Shown: positions 8,465 through 16,367 of the stretch, piece by piece
How positions within the stretch are numbered: position 1 is the first letter of the stretch
How the letters are laid out: every line of letters begins with the position of its first letter
Origin: Cupriavidus necator
Lineage (GTDB): Bacteria; Pseudomonadota; Gammaproteobacteria; Burkholderiales; Burkholderiaceae
Direction of reading: 5' to 3'
DNA: 32,000 nt
NCBI RefSeq assembly: GCF_016127575.1
Contig: NZ_CP066018.1
Location: 3,480,001 to 3,512,000 of the forward strand
Program-made: the position numbers and the translations under genes
The notes under the pieces: model-generated
Databases searched by the model: none
What the model was told of the DNA's origin: nothing
What the model saw: the letters and a program-made list of their open reading frames with translations, nothing else

Positions 8465-9919
8465 TCAAATCGCATACATATCGAGGTACTCATTGACCGG
8501 CATGGCCTCCAGCCGCGCCTGGTCCAGCGACGCGGCAAGGATGGCCTGCTGCTGTTTCGGCGGGAAGCGGCGGGCGAGGTTGGTGCGGAATTTTTCCACC
8601 AGCAGCGGGATGCCCTCGGCGCGGCGGCGCTTGTGGCCGAGCGGATATTCGACCAGCACCTCGTCCAGCACGGTGCCGTCCGCCAGCGTCACGGTCAGCG
8701 CATTGGCGATCGAGCGCTTGGCGGGGTCGTGATAGTCGCGCGTCAGCGCGGGGTCTTCCACACAGGTGATCCTGCCGCGCAGCGCGTCAATGCGCGGGTC
8801 GGCCGCAATCCTGTCTTCGTAGTCGGCGGCGGTCAGGCGGCCGAACAGCAGCGGCACGGCCACCATGTACTGGATGCAGTGGTCGCGATCCGCCGGATTG
8901 CTGAGCGGGCCCTGCTTGTCGATGATGCGCAGGCAGGCCTCGTGGGTGCGGATGGTGATGGCGGCGATATCGGCCGCGCTGCGCCCCGCGAGCGCCAGCG
9001 CGCCGTGCAGCTGCATCGCTGCCTCCACCGCGGTCTGCGCGTGGAATTCAGCCGGGTACGAGATCTTGAACAGGATGTTCTCCATCACGTACGTCCCGTA
9101 CGGCCGCTGGAAGCGGAACGGCTGCCCCTTGAACAGCACGTCGTAGAAGCCCCAGGTCTTTGCCGTCAGCACCGACGGGTAGCCCATCTCGCCGGTGCGG
9201 GCGATCAGCGCCAGCCGCACCGCGCGGCTGGTGGCGTCGCCGGCGGCCCAGCTCTTGCGGCTGCCGGCGTTGGGGGCGTGGCGGTAGGTGCGCAGGCTCT
9301 GGCCGTCGACCCAGGCCAGCGACACGGCATTGAGGATCTCGTCGCGCGTGAGGCCTAGCATCTGCGCGACCACGGCGGTGGAGGCCACCTTGACCAGCAC
9401 CACGTGGTCCAGCCCGACCTGGTTGAACGAATTCTCCAGCGCGATGCAGCCCTGGATCTCATGTGCCTTGATCATCGCCGCCAGCACTGCCTTCATCGTC
9501 AGCGGCTTGCGCCCGGCGGCGATGTGGTTGCGCGAGATCCAGTCAGCGGTGGCCAGGATGCCGCCGAGGTTATCCGACGGATGACCCCATTCGGCAGCGA
9601 GCCAGGTGTCGTTGAAGTCCAGCCAGCGGATCATCGCGCCGATATTGAACGCGGCCTGGACCGGATCGAGCTGGAACTGGGTGCCCGGCACGCGCGCGCC
9701 GTTGGGCACGATCGTGCCCGGAACAACGGGACCCAGCAGCTTGGTACAGGCCGGGTAGGAGAGGGCTTCGAGCCCGCAACCAAGCGTGTCGATCAGGCAG
9801 TTGCGGGCGGTGTCATAGGCGAGGCCGCTCTTGATCTCGTACCGGGTGACATAGTCGACGATGTCGACCAGCACCTGGTCCGGATCGGGGCGTTGCGCGG
9901 ACGGCGTGTCGGTGGACAT
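8465..9919 (-). CDS. prpD: 2-methylcitrate dehydratase
   Basis: 484-aa MmgE/PrpD-family protein (…WGHPSDNLGGILA…, …YPAEFHAQTAVEAA…). It is the last gene of the prp cluster. Confidence 0.95.
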   Translation of the reverse strand: MSTDTPSAQRPDPDQVLVDIVDYVTRYEIKSGLAYDTARNCLIDTLGCGLEALSYPACTKLLGPVVPGTIVPNGARVPGTQFQLDPVQAAFNIGAMIRWLDFNDTWLAAEWGHPSDNLGGILATADWISRNHIAAGRKPLTMKAVLAAMIKAHEIQGCIALENSFNQVGLDHVVLVKVASTAVVAQMLGLTRDEILNAVSLAWVDGQSLRTYRHAPNAGSRKSWAAGDATSRAVRLALIARTGEMGYPSVLTAKTWGFYDVLFKGQPFRFQRPYGTYVMENILFKISYPAEFHAQTAVEAAMQLHGALALAGRSAADIAAITIRTHEACLRIIDKQGPLSNPADRDHCIQYMVAVPLLFGRLTAADYEDRIAADPRIDALRGRITCVEDPALTRDYHDPAKRSIANALTVTLADGTVLDEVLVEYPLGHKRRRAEGIPLLVEKFRTNLARRFPPKQQQAILAASLDQARLEAMPVNEYLDMYAI

Positions 9920-9945
9920 GAACGGCCTCGCGGGCTCAGCTCAGC

Positions 9946-11136
9946 TCAGAACGCGTCGCCGGGCACGCGCACCCAGCCTTCCATCAGCACGCGCGCGCTG
10001 CGGCTCATGATGGCCTTCTTGACCGCCCATTCGCCGTCGACCTGCTGCGCCTCGGCGCCCACGCGCAACGTGCCGGACGGATGCCCGAAACGCACCGCGT
10101 TGCGCTCGCCGCCGCCGGCGGCCAGGTTGACCAGCGTGCCGGGGATGGCGGCGGCGGTGCCGATCGCCACCGCTGCCGTGCCCATCATGGCGTGGTGCAG
10201 CTTACCCATCGACAGCGCGCGCACCAGCAGGTCCACATCGGCCGCGGCCACCTTCTTGCCGCTGGAGGCGACGTAGTCGACCGGCCTGGCGACAAAGGCC
10301 ACCTTGGGCGTGTGCTGGCGCTTGGCGGCCTCGTCCACGTTCTTGATCAGGCCCATGCGCAGCGCGCCGTAGGCACGGATGGTCTCGAACATCGCCAGCG
10401 CCCTGGTGTCGCTGTTGATGGCGTCCTGCAGCTCGGTGCCGGTGTAGCCGATGCTCTCGGCGTTGACGAAGATGGTCGGGATGCCGGCGTTGATCATGGT
10501 GGCCTTGAGCGTGCCCACGCCCGGCACTTCGAGGTCGTCGACCACGTTGCCGGTGGGGAACATCGCGCCGCCGGCGCCTTCTTCCTCGGCGGCCGGATCC
10601 ATGAACTCAAGCTGCACTTCGGCGGCCGGGAAGGTCACGCCATCGAGCTCGAAATCGCCGGTTTCCTGCACTTCACCGTTGGTGACGGGCACATGGCCGA
10701 TGATGGTCTTGCCGATATTGGCCTGCCAGATGCGCACCACGGCCACGCCGTTGTGCGGGATGCGGCTGGCATCGACCAGGCCGGCGCTGATGGCAAAGGG
10801 ACCGACCGCTGCCGACAGGTTGCCGCAGTTGCCACTCCAGTCGACAAAGGGCTGGTCAATCGAGACCTGGCCGAACAGATAGTCGACATCGTGGTCGGGC
10901 CGCGTGCTCTTGGACAGGATGACGGTCTTGCTGGTGCTGGAGGTGGCGGCACCCATGCCGTCGATCTGCTTGCCATAGGGGTCGGGGCTGCCGATCACGC
11001 GCATCAGCAGCGCGTCGCGGGCCGGGCCGGGCACTTGTGCCGTTTCCGGCAAATCTTGCAGGCGGAAGAACACGCCCTTGCTGGTGCCGCCACGGATATA
11101 GGTGGCGGGAATCTTGATCTGGGGTACGTGAGTCAT
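9946..11136 (-). CDS. prpF: 2-methylaconitate cis-trans isomerase (AcnD-accessory protein PrpF)
   Basis: Start assigned at ATG 11136 (MTHVPQIKIPATYIRGGTSKGVFF), the canonical PrpF N-terminus. It lies immediately downstream of acnD. Confidence 0.9.
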   Translation of the reverse strand: MTHVPQIKIPATYIRGGTSKGVFFRLQDLPETAQVPGPARDALLMRVIGSPDPYGKQIDGMGAATSSTSKTVILSKSTRPDHDVDYLFGQVSIDQPFVDWSGNCGNLSAAVGPFAISAGLVDASRIPHNGVAVVRIWQANIGKTIIGHVPVTNGEVQETGDFELDGVTFPAAEVQLEFMDPAAEEEGAGGAMFPTGNVVDDLEVPGVGTLKATMINAGIPTIFVNAESIGYTGTELQDAINSDTRALAMFETIRAYGALRMGLIKNVDEAAKRQHTPKVAFVARPVDYVASSGKKVAAADVDLLVRALSMGKLHHAMMGTAAVAIGTAAAIPGTLVNLAAGGGERNAVRFGHPSGTLRVGAEAQQVDGEWAVKKAIMSRSARVLMEGWVRVPGDAF

Positions 11137-11155
11137 GGAAATCTTTGTCCTGGTT

Positions 11156-11185
11156 GGCCCGGGCGGCATGCGTGCCGCTCGGGCC
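11156..11185 (-). other. Intercistronic stem-loop (acnD-prpF gap)
   Basis: GGCCCGgGCGGCA-TGCG-TGCCGCtCGGGCC forms a 13-bp stem (12 Watson-Crick pairs plus one G-U) with a tetraloop. No U-tract follows on the coding (minus) strand. Confidence 0.5.
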
Positions 11186-11197
11186 CTTTGTCACAGC

Positions 11198-13810
11198 TTA
11201 TGCAGTTGCCCGCGACGACTCAAGGAAGTCCTGCGCGAAGCGCTGCAGCACGCCGCCAGCTTCGTAGATCGACACTTCCTCGTCGCTGTCGAGGCGGCAG
11301 GTCACCGGCACTTCCACGCGCTCGCCGTTCTTGCGGTTCACCACCAGTGTCAGCGTGGCGCGCGGCTGGCGCTCGCCGATCACGTCATAGGTCTCGGTGC
11401 CGTCCAGGCCCAGCGTCAGGCGGTTCACGCCCGGCTTGAACTCCAGCGGCAGCACGCCCATGCCGATCAGGTTGGTGCGGTGGATGCGCTCGAAGCCCTC
11501 GGCGACGATGACTTCCACGCCGGCCAGGCGCACGCCCTTGGCGGCCCAGTCGCGCGACGAGCCCTGGCCATAGTCCGCGCCGGCGATGATGATCAGCGGC
11601 TGCTTGCGATCCATGTACGTCTCGATCGCTTCCCACATGCGCACGACCTTGCCTTCGGGCTCGATGCGCGCCAGCGAACCCTTCTTGACCTGGCCATCGA
11701 CCACAGCCATTTCATTGATCAGGGTCGGGTTGGCAAAGGTGGCGCGCTGCGCGGTCAGGTGGTCGCCGCGGTGGGTGGCGTACGAGTTGAAGTCCTCTTC
11801 CGGCAAGCCCATCCTGGCCAGGTATTCCCCGGCGGCGCTGTTGAGCATGATGGCGTTGGACGGCGACAGGTGGTCGGTGGTGATGTTGTCGCCCAGCACC
11901 GCCAGCGGACGCAGCGCCTTGAGCGTGCGTTCGCCGGCCAGCGCGCCTTCCCAGTAGGGCGGGCGGCGGATGTAGGTGCTCTGCGGACGCCAGTCGTACA
12001 GGGGACTGACCGATTCGCCGCTGGCCGCGGTAATGGCGAACATCGGCTCGTAGACCTTGCGGAACTGTTCGGGCTTGACGCTCTTCGCCACGATCGCGTC
12101 GATCTCTTCGTCGCTCGGCCAGATGTCCTTCAGGTAGACCGGCTTGCCGTCCTGGTCCGTGCCCAGCACGTCCTTTTCGATATCGAAGCGGATGGTGCCG
12201 GCGATGGCATAGGCCACCACCAGCGGCGGCGAGGCCAGGAAGGCCTGCTTGGCGTACGGGTGGATGCGGCCATCGAAGTTGCGGTTGCCGGACAGCACTG
12301 CCGTCGCGTACAGGTCGCGGTCGATGATCTCTTGCTGGATCTTCGGGTCCAGCGCTCCGGACATGCCGTTGCAGGTGGTGCAGGCAAAGGCGACGATGCC
12401 GAAGCCAAGCTTCTCGAGGTCGGGCAGCAGATTCGCTTCTTCCAGGTACAGCTCGACTGCCTTGGATCCCGGGGCCAGCGACGACTTGACCCACGGCTTG
12501 CGCGCCAGGCCGCGCGCATTGGCGTTGCGCGCCAGCAGCGCGGCAGCGATCACGTTGCGCGGGTTGCTGGTGTTGGTGCAGCTGGTGATGGCGGCGATGA
12601 TGACCGCGCCGTCCGGCATCAGGCCTTCGGCTTCCTGCGCGCGGGCCTTGTCCAGGTCGACGGCGATGCCGCGCTCGGCCAGCGCGGAGGTCGGCAGGCG
12701 CTTGTGCGGGTTGGACGGGCCGGCCATATTGCGCACCACGCTCGACAGGTCGAACTTCAGCACGCGCTCGTATTCGGCGTTCTTCAGCGAATCCGCCCAC
12801 AGGCCGGCAGTCCTGGCGTACGTTTCGACCAGCTTGAGCTGCTCGTCGGTGCGGCCGGTCAGGCGCAGGTAGTCAATGGTCTGCTCGTCGATGAAGAACA
12901 TCGCGGCAGTGGCGCCATATTCCGGGGCCATGTTGGAAATAGTCGCGCGGTCGCCGAGCGTCAGGCTGGAGGCGCCTTCGCCACGGAACTCCAGATAGGC
13001 GCCGACCACCTTTTCCTTGCGCAGGAATTCAGTCAGGGCCAGCACGATGTCGGTGGCGGTGATGCCGGGCTGGCGCTTTCCGGTCAGCTCCACGCCGACG
13101 ATATCCGGCAGGCGCATCCACGAGGCGCGGCCGAGCATCACGTTCTCGGCTTCCAGGCCGCCCACGCCGATGGCGATCACGCCGAGCGCATCCACATGCG
13201 GGGTGTGGCTGTCGGTGCCGACGCAGGTATCGGGGTAGGCCACGCCGTTGTCGGCGTGGATCACCGGCGACATCTTCTCCAGGTTGATCTGGTGCATGAT
13301 GCCGTTGCCCGGCGGGATCACGTCGACGTTCTTGAACGCCTGCTTGGTCCAGTCGATGAAGTGGAAGCGGTCTTCGTTGCGGCGGTCTTCGATGGCGCGG
13401 TTCTTGGCGAACGCATCGGGGTCGAAGCCGCCGCACTCCACCGCCAGCGAATGATCGACGATCAGCTGCACCGGCACTACCGGGTTGACCTTGGCGGGGT
13501 CGCCGCCCTGGTCGGCGATGGCGTCGCGCAGGCCGGCCAGGTCCACCAGCGCGGTCTGGCCCAGGATGTCATGGCACACCACGCGCGCCGGGAACCACGG
13601 GAAATCGAGGTCGCGCTTGCGCCCGACCAGCTGCAGGAGCGAATCCGTCAGCGTGGCGGGATCGCAGCGGCGCACCAGGTTTTCTGCCAGCACGCGCGAC
13701 GTGTACGGCAGCTTGTCGTAGGCACCCGGCTGGATTGCCTCGACCGCGGCGCGCGCGTCAAAGTAATCCAGCTTGGTGCCCGGTAGCGGTTTGCGGTTTG
13801 CAGAATTCAT
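11198..13810 (-). CDS. acnD: Fe/S-dependent 2-methylisocitrate dehydratase / aconitase family (AcnD, called AcnM in Ralstonia)
   Basis: 870-aa aconitase-family protein. The N-terminus MNSANRKPLPGTKLDYFDARAAVEAIQPGAYDKLPYTSRVLAENLVRR is characteristic of AcnD. It sits between prpC and prpF. Confidence 0.93.
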   Translation of the reverse strand: MNSANRKPLPGTKLDYFDARAAVEAIQPGAYDKLPYTSRVLAENLVRRCDPATLTDSLLQLVGRKRDLDFPWFPARVVCHDILGQTALVDLAGLRDAIADQGGDPAKVNPVVPVQLIVDHSLAVECGGFDPDAFAKNRAIEDRRNEDRFHFIDWTKQAFKNVDVIPPGNGIMHQINLEKMSPVIHADNGVAYPDTCVGTDSHTPHVDALGVIAIGVGGLEAENVMLGRASWMRLPDIVGVELTGKRQPGITATDIVLALTEFLRKEKVVGAYLEFRGEGASSLTLGDRATISNMAPEYGATAAMFFIDEQTIDYLRLTGRTDEQLKLVETYARTAGLWADSLKNAEYERVLKFDLSSVVRNMAGPSNPHKRLPTSALAERGIAVDLDKARAQEAEGLMPDGAVIIAAITSCTNTSNPRNVIAAALLARNANARGLARKPWVKSSLAPGSKAVELYLEEANLLPDLEKLGFGIVAFACTTCNGMSGALDPKIQQEIIDRDLYATAVLSGNRNFDGRIHPYAKQAFLASPPLVVAYAIAGTIRFDIEKDVLGTDQDGKPVYLKDIWPSDEEIDAIVAKSVKPEQFRKVYEPMFAITAASGESVSPLYDWRPQSTYIRRPPYWEGALAGERTLKALRPLAVLGDNITTDHLSPSNAIMLNSAAGEYLARMGLPEEDFNSYATHRGDHLTAQRATFANPTLINEMAVVDGQVKKGSLARIEPEGKVVRMWEAIETYMDRKQPLIIIAGADYGQGSSRDWAAKGVRLAGVEVIVAEGFERIHRTNLIGMGVLPLEFKPGVNRLTLGLDGTETYDVIGERQPRATLTLVVNRKNGERVEVPVTCRLDSDEEVSIYEAGGVLQRFAQDFLESSRATA

Positions 13811-13836
13811 GGTGTAGGGAAATCAATATAGGTATG

Positions 13837-13876
13837 AAAAAGGGGTAGTGGTCCCATGTCAGCGACCAACTACCCC
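13837..13876 (-). terminator. Intra-operon terminator-like hairpin between prpC and acnD
   Basis: Minus-strand RNA reads GGGGUAGUuGGUC-GCUGACAUGG-GACCACUACCCC. This is a 12-bp stem with one bulge, followed directly by UUUUU (plus-strand A run 13837-13841). It lies 57 nt after the prpC stop and 26 nt before the acnD ATG. Confidence 0.55.
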
Positions 13877-13932
13877 CTTGCCCGCAGGCCCGGATCAAGG
13901 CAACCCGACGCGGAGCAAACCGGCAGCCGGTC

Positions 13933-15090
13933 TTACTTGCGATCCTTCAGCGGCACGAACTTCAGGTTCTCCGGACCGGTGTAGTTGGCGCTCGGGCGGA
14001 TGATCTTGTTGTCGATGCGCTGCTCGATAATGTGCGCGGCCCAGCCCGAAGTACGCGCGATCACGAACAGCGGCGTGAACATCGCCGTCGGCACGCCCAT
14101 CATGTGGTAGCTCACCGCGCTGAACCAGTCCAGGTTCGGGAACATCTTCTTGATGTCCCACATCACCGTTTCCAGGCGCTCGGCGATGTCAAACATCTTC
14201 ATCGAGCCGGCATCCTTCGACAGCTTCTTCGCCACTTCCTTGATCACCTGGTTGCGCGGGTCGCCGGTGGTGTACACCGGGTGGCCGAAGCCGATCACGA
14301 CTTCCTTGTTCTCGACGCGGCGCGTGATGTCGGCCTGGGCCTCGTCGGGGTTGTCGTAGCGCTTCTGGATCTCGAACGCGACTTCATTGGCGCCGCCGTG
14401 CTTGGGGCCGCGCAGTGCGCCGATGGCGCCGCTGATCGACGAATACATGTCCGAGCCCGTGCCGGCGATCACGCGGGCGGTGAAGGTCGAGGCGTTGAAC
14501 TCGTGCTCGGCGTACAGGTTGAGCGAGGTGTTCATGGCGCGCTCCCACAGCGCCGACGGCTTCTCGCCGTGCAGCAGGTGCAGGAAGTGGCCGCCGATGG
14601 AGTCATCGTCGGTTTCGACTTCGATACGGCGGCCGTTGTGGCTGTAGTGGTACCAGTACAGCAGCATCGAGCCGAGGCTGGCCATCAGCCGGTCGGCAAT
14701 GTCGCGCGCGCCCGGGGTGTTGTGGTCTTCCTTCTCCGGCAGCACGGTGCCCAGCACCGACACGCCGGTGCGCATCACGTCCATCGGGTGGGCGCTGGCG
14801 GGCACCCATTCCAACGCGGCCTTCACATTGGCGGGCAGGCCGCGCAGGCTCTTGAGCTTGGCCTTGTAGGCGGCCAGTTCGGATTTGGTCGGCAGCTTGC
14901 CGTGCACCAGCAGGTGGGCGATTTCCTCGAACTCGCAGGTCTCGGCGATGTCGAGGATGTCGTAGCCGCGGTAGTGCAGGTCGTTGCCAGTGCGGCCGAC
15001 GGTGCACAGCGCGGTATTGCCGGCGGTCACGCCCGACAGGGCGACGGATTTCTTGGGCTTGGGAGTGACGAGCGGTTGCGCTTCGGACAT
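13933..15090 (-). CDS. prpC: 2-methylcitrate synthase
   Basis: ATG 15090 has a minus-strand GGAG SD (plus-strand CTCC at 15097-15100). It is a citrate-synthase-family sequence (…[12 protein letters not shown]…, …[20 protein letters not shown]…) in prp context. The ORF-track start at 15153 is an upstream extension. Confidence 0.95.
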   Translation of the reverse strand: MSEAQPLVTPKPKKSVALSGVTAGNTALCTVGRTGNDLHYRGYDILDIAETCEFEEIAHLLVHGKLPTKSELAAYKAKLKSLRGLPANVKAALEWVPASAHPMDVMRTGVSVLGTVLPEKEDHNTPGARDIADRLMASLGSMLLYWYHYSHNGRRIEVETDDDSIGGHFLHLLHGEKPSALWERAMNTSLNLYAEHEFNASTFTARVIAGTGSDMYSSISGAIGALRGPKHGGANEVAFEIQKRYDNPDEAQADITRRVENKEVVIGFGHPVYTTGDPRNQVIKEVAKKLSKDAGSMKMFDIAERLETVMWDIKKMFPNLDWFSAVSYHMMGVPTAMFTPLFVIARTSGWAAHIIEQRIDNKIIRPSANYTGPENLKFVPLKDRK

Positions 15091-15140
15091 CTGGGTCTCC
15101 TTTATGTGATGCCTGGTATTGCCTGTCTGTTGTCGTGCAA

Positions 15141-15164
15141 GCGGCCGGGACAAAGCCCGGCCGC
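15141..15164 (-). other. Intercistronic stem-loop (prpB-prpC gap)
   Basis: GCGGCCGGG-ACAAAG-CCCGGCCGC is a perfect 9-bp GC stem with a 6-nt loop. No U-tract follows on the minus strand. Confidence 0.5.
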
Positions 15165-15177
15165 GCGTGAGTCTTGC

Positions 15178-16086
15178 TTACTTGCCCTTGCCTTGTGCGA
15201 AGAGCGCGTCAAGCTTCTGCTCGAAGTCATGGTAGCCGATGCTCTCGTAGAGCTCGGCGCGGGTCTGCATGGTATCGACCACGTTCTTCTGCGTGCCGTC
15301 GCGGCGGATGGCCGCGTAGACGTTTTCCGCCGCCTTGTTCATGGCGCGGAAGGCCGACAGCGGGTACAGCACCATCGACACGCCGGCGCCGCCGAGTTCC
15401 TCGGTGGTGAACAGCGGCGTGGCGCCGAATTCGGTGATATTGGCCAGCACCGGCACCTTCACCGCATCGACAAACTTGCGGTACATGGCCAGGTCGGTCA
15501 TGGCTTCCGGGAAGATGGCGTCGGCGCCGGCTTCCGCGCACGCGACGGCGCGCTCGATGGCCTTGTCCAGGCCTTCGACGGCGAGCGCGTCGGTGCGGGC
15601 CATGATGACGAAGTTCTCGTCGGTGCGGGCGTCGACGGCGGCCCGGATGCGGTCGACCATTTCACCCTGCGTGACGATTTCCTTGTTGGGACGGTGGCCG
15701 CAGCGCTTGGCGCCGACCTGGTCTTCGATGTGCATGGCCGCCGCGCCGAACTTGATCAGCGACTTGGTGGTGCGGGCCACGTTGAAGGCCGAGGCGCCGA
15801 AGCCGGTGTCGACGTCCACCAGCAGCGGCGTGTCGCACACGTCGGTGATGCGGCGGATATCGGTCAGCACGTCGTCCAGGTTCGAGATGCCCAGGTCCGG
15901 CAGGCCCAGCGAGCCGGCCGCAACGCCGCCGCCCGACAGGTAGATGGCCCGGTAGCCGGCGCGCTTGGCCAGCAGGGCATGGTTGGCATTGATGGTGCCG
16001 ACTACCTGCAGCGGATGCTCGTCGGCAAGCGCCTGGCGGAAGCGGGCGCCAGCGGAGCGCGCGAGGTCGGAAGCGGAGTAGGTCAT
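15178..16086 (-). CDS. prpB: 2-methylisocitrate lyase
   Basis: 302-aa PEP-mutase/isocitrate-lyase superfamily protein (…[24 protein letters not shown]…). It is the first gene downstream of the sigma54 promoter. Confidence 0.95.
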   Translation of the reverse strand: MTYSASDLARSAGARFRQALADEHPLQVVGTINANHALLAKRAGYRAIYLSGGGVAAGSLGLPDLGISNLDDVLTDIRRITDVCDTPLLVDVDTGFGASAFNVARTTKSLIKFGAAAMHIEDQVGAKRCGHRPNKEIVTQGEMVDRIRAAVDARTDENFVIMARTDALAVEGLDKAIERAVACAEAGADAIFPEAMTDLAMYRKFVDAVKVPVLANITEFGATPLFTTEELGGAGVSMVLYPLSAFRAMNKAAENVYAAIRRDGTQKNVVDTMQTRAELYESIGYHDFEQKLDALFAQGKGK

Positions 16087-16120
16087 GGCGTATGCGTTGG
16101 TGAACAGGACGGGCCCAATA

Positions 16121-16138
16121 CTGCAAGGGGTGTGCCAA
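16121..16138 (-). promoter_or_regulatory. Sigma54 (-24/-12) promoter of prpBC-acnD-prpF-prpD
   Basis: The minus strand reads TTGGCAC-ACCCC-TTGCA, against the consensus TGGCAC-N5-TTGCW. The -12 element ends about 36 nt upstream of the prpB ATG (16086). A divergent sigma54 activator gene, prpR, is adjacent. Confidence 0.8.
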
Positions 16139-16163
16139 GCCCTTGGACGGGATCTCGGAAAAT

Positions 16164-16290
16164 CCGCCAGCCCTTGTCAGCGCTGGGCTGGCGGGCAGGG
16201 TGGCTGACCTCGCCGCCGATTTCATGTCATCTTTTCAGCACAATTGAATTTCAAAATCCCAAGTTTGGAATTCAAAGTTGAAATCCCGGG
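16164..16290. promoter_or_regulatory. Candidate enhancer/UAS region for PrpR (and prpR promoter region)
   Basis: A GC-rich inverted repeat CCGCCAGCCC-N11-GGGCTGGCGG lies at 16164-16194. An unusually AT-rich block at 16219-16287 contains the dyads TTGAATTTCAA (16244-16254) and TTTGGAATTCAAA (16264-16276), and AAATCCC repeated 27 bp apart. The AT-rich block lies roughly 80-150 bp upstream of the -24 element. Confidence 0.35.
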
Positions 16291-16367
16291 CTGCGTGACG
16301 GACAATGTGCCAGCACTGTACGCCTGTTCGTCCCGGGTTTCACCACGCATTCCTTCCGCATTGCACC

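Noticed and set aside
9934-9948. (GCTCA)x3 pentanucleotide tandem repeat overlapping the prpF stop codon
   Set aside because: It has only three units, and the period is not a multiple of three. It lies at the very end of the gene and in the 26-nt spacer. It is most likely chance, with no obvious functional reading.
11135-13786. Very long ORFs antisense to or overlapping confident genes:
- 883 aa opposite acnD (this entry's coordinates)
- 14032..16281, opposite prpC/prpB
- 16272..17783, opposite prpR
- 6891..8384, opposite ansB
- 6092..7105, opposite the AraC gene
- 27496..28677, opposite the MscS gene
- 29142..30116, opposite purT
- 30388..31656, opposite the MFS gene
   Set aside because: These are shadow ORFs typical of DNA at about 65% GC. 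Their translations are Arg/Ala/Gly/His/Asp-rich low-complexity strings with no recognisable domains. The opposite strand in each case encodes a full-length protein with clear family motifs.
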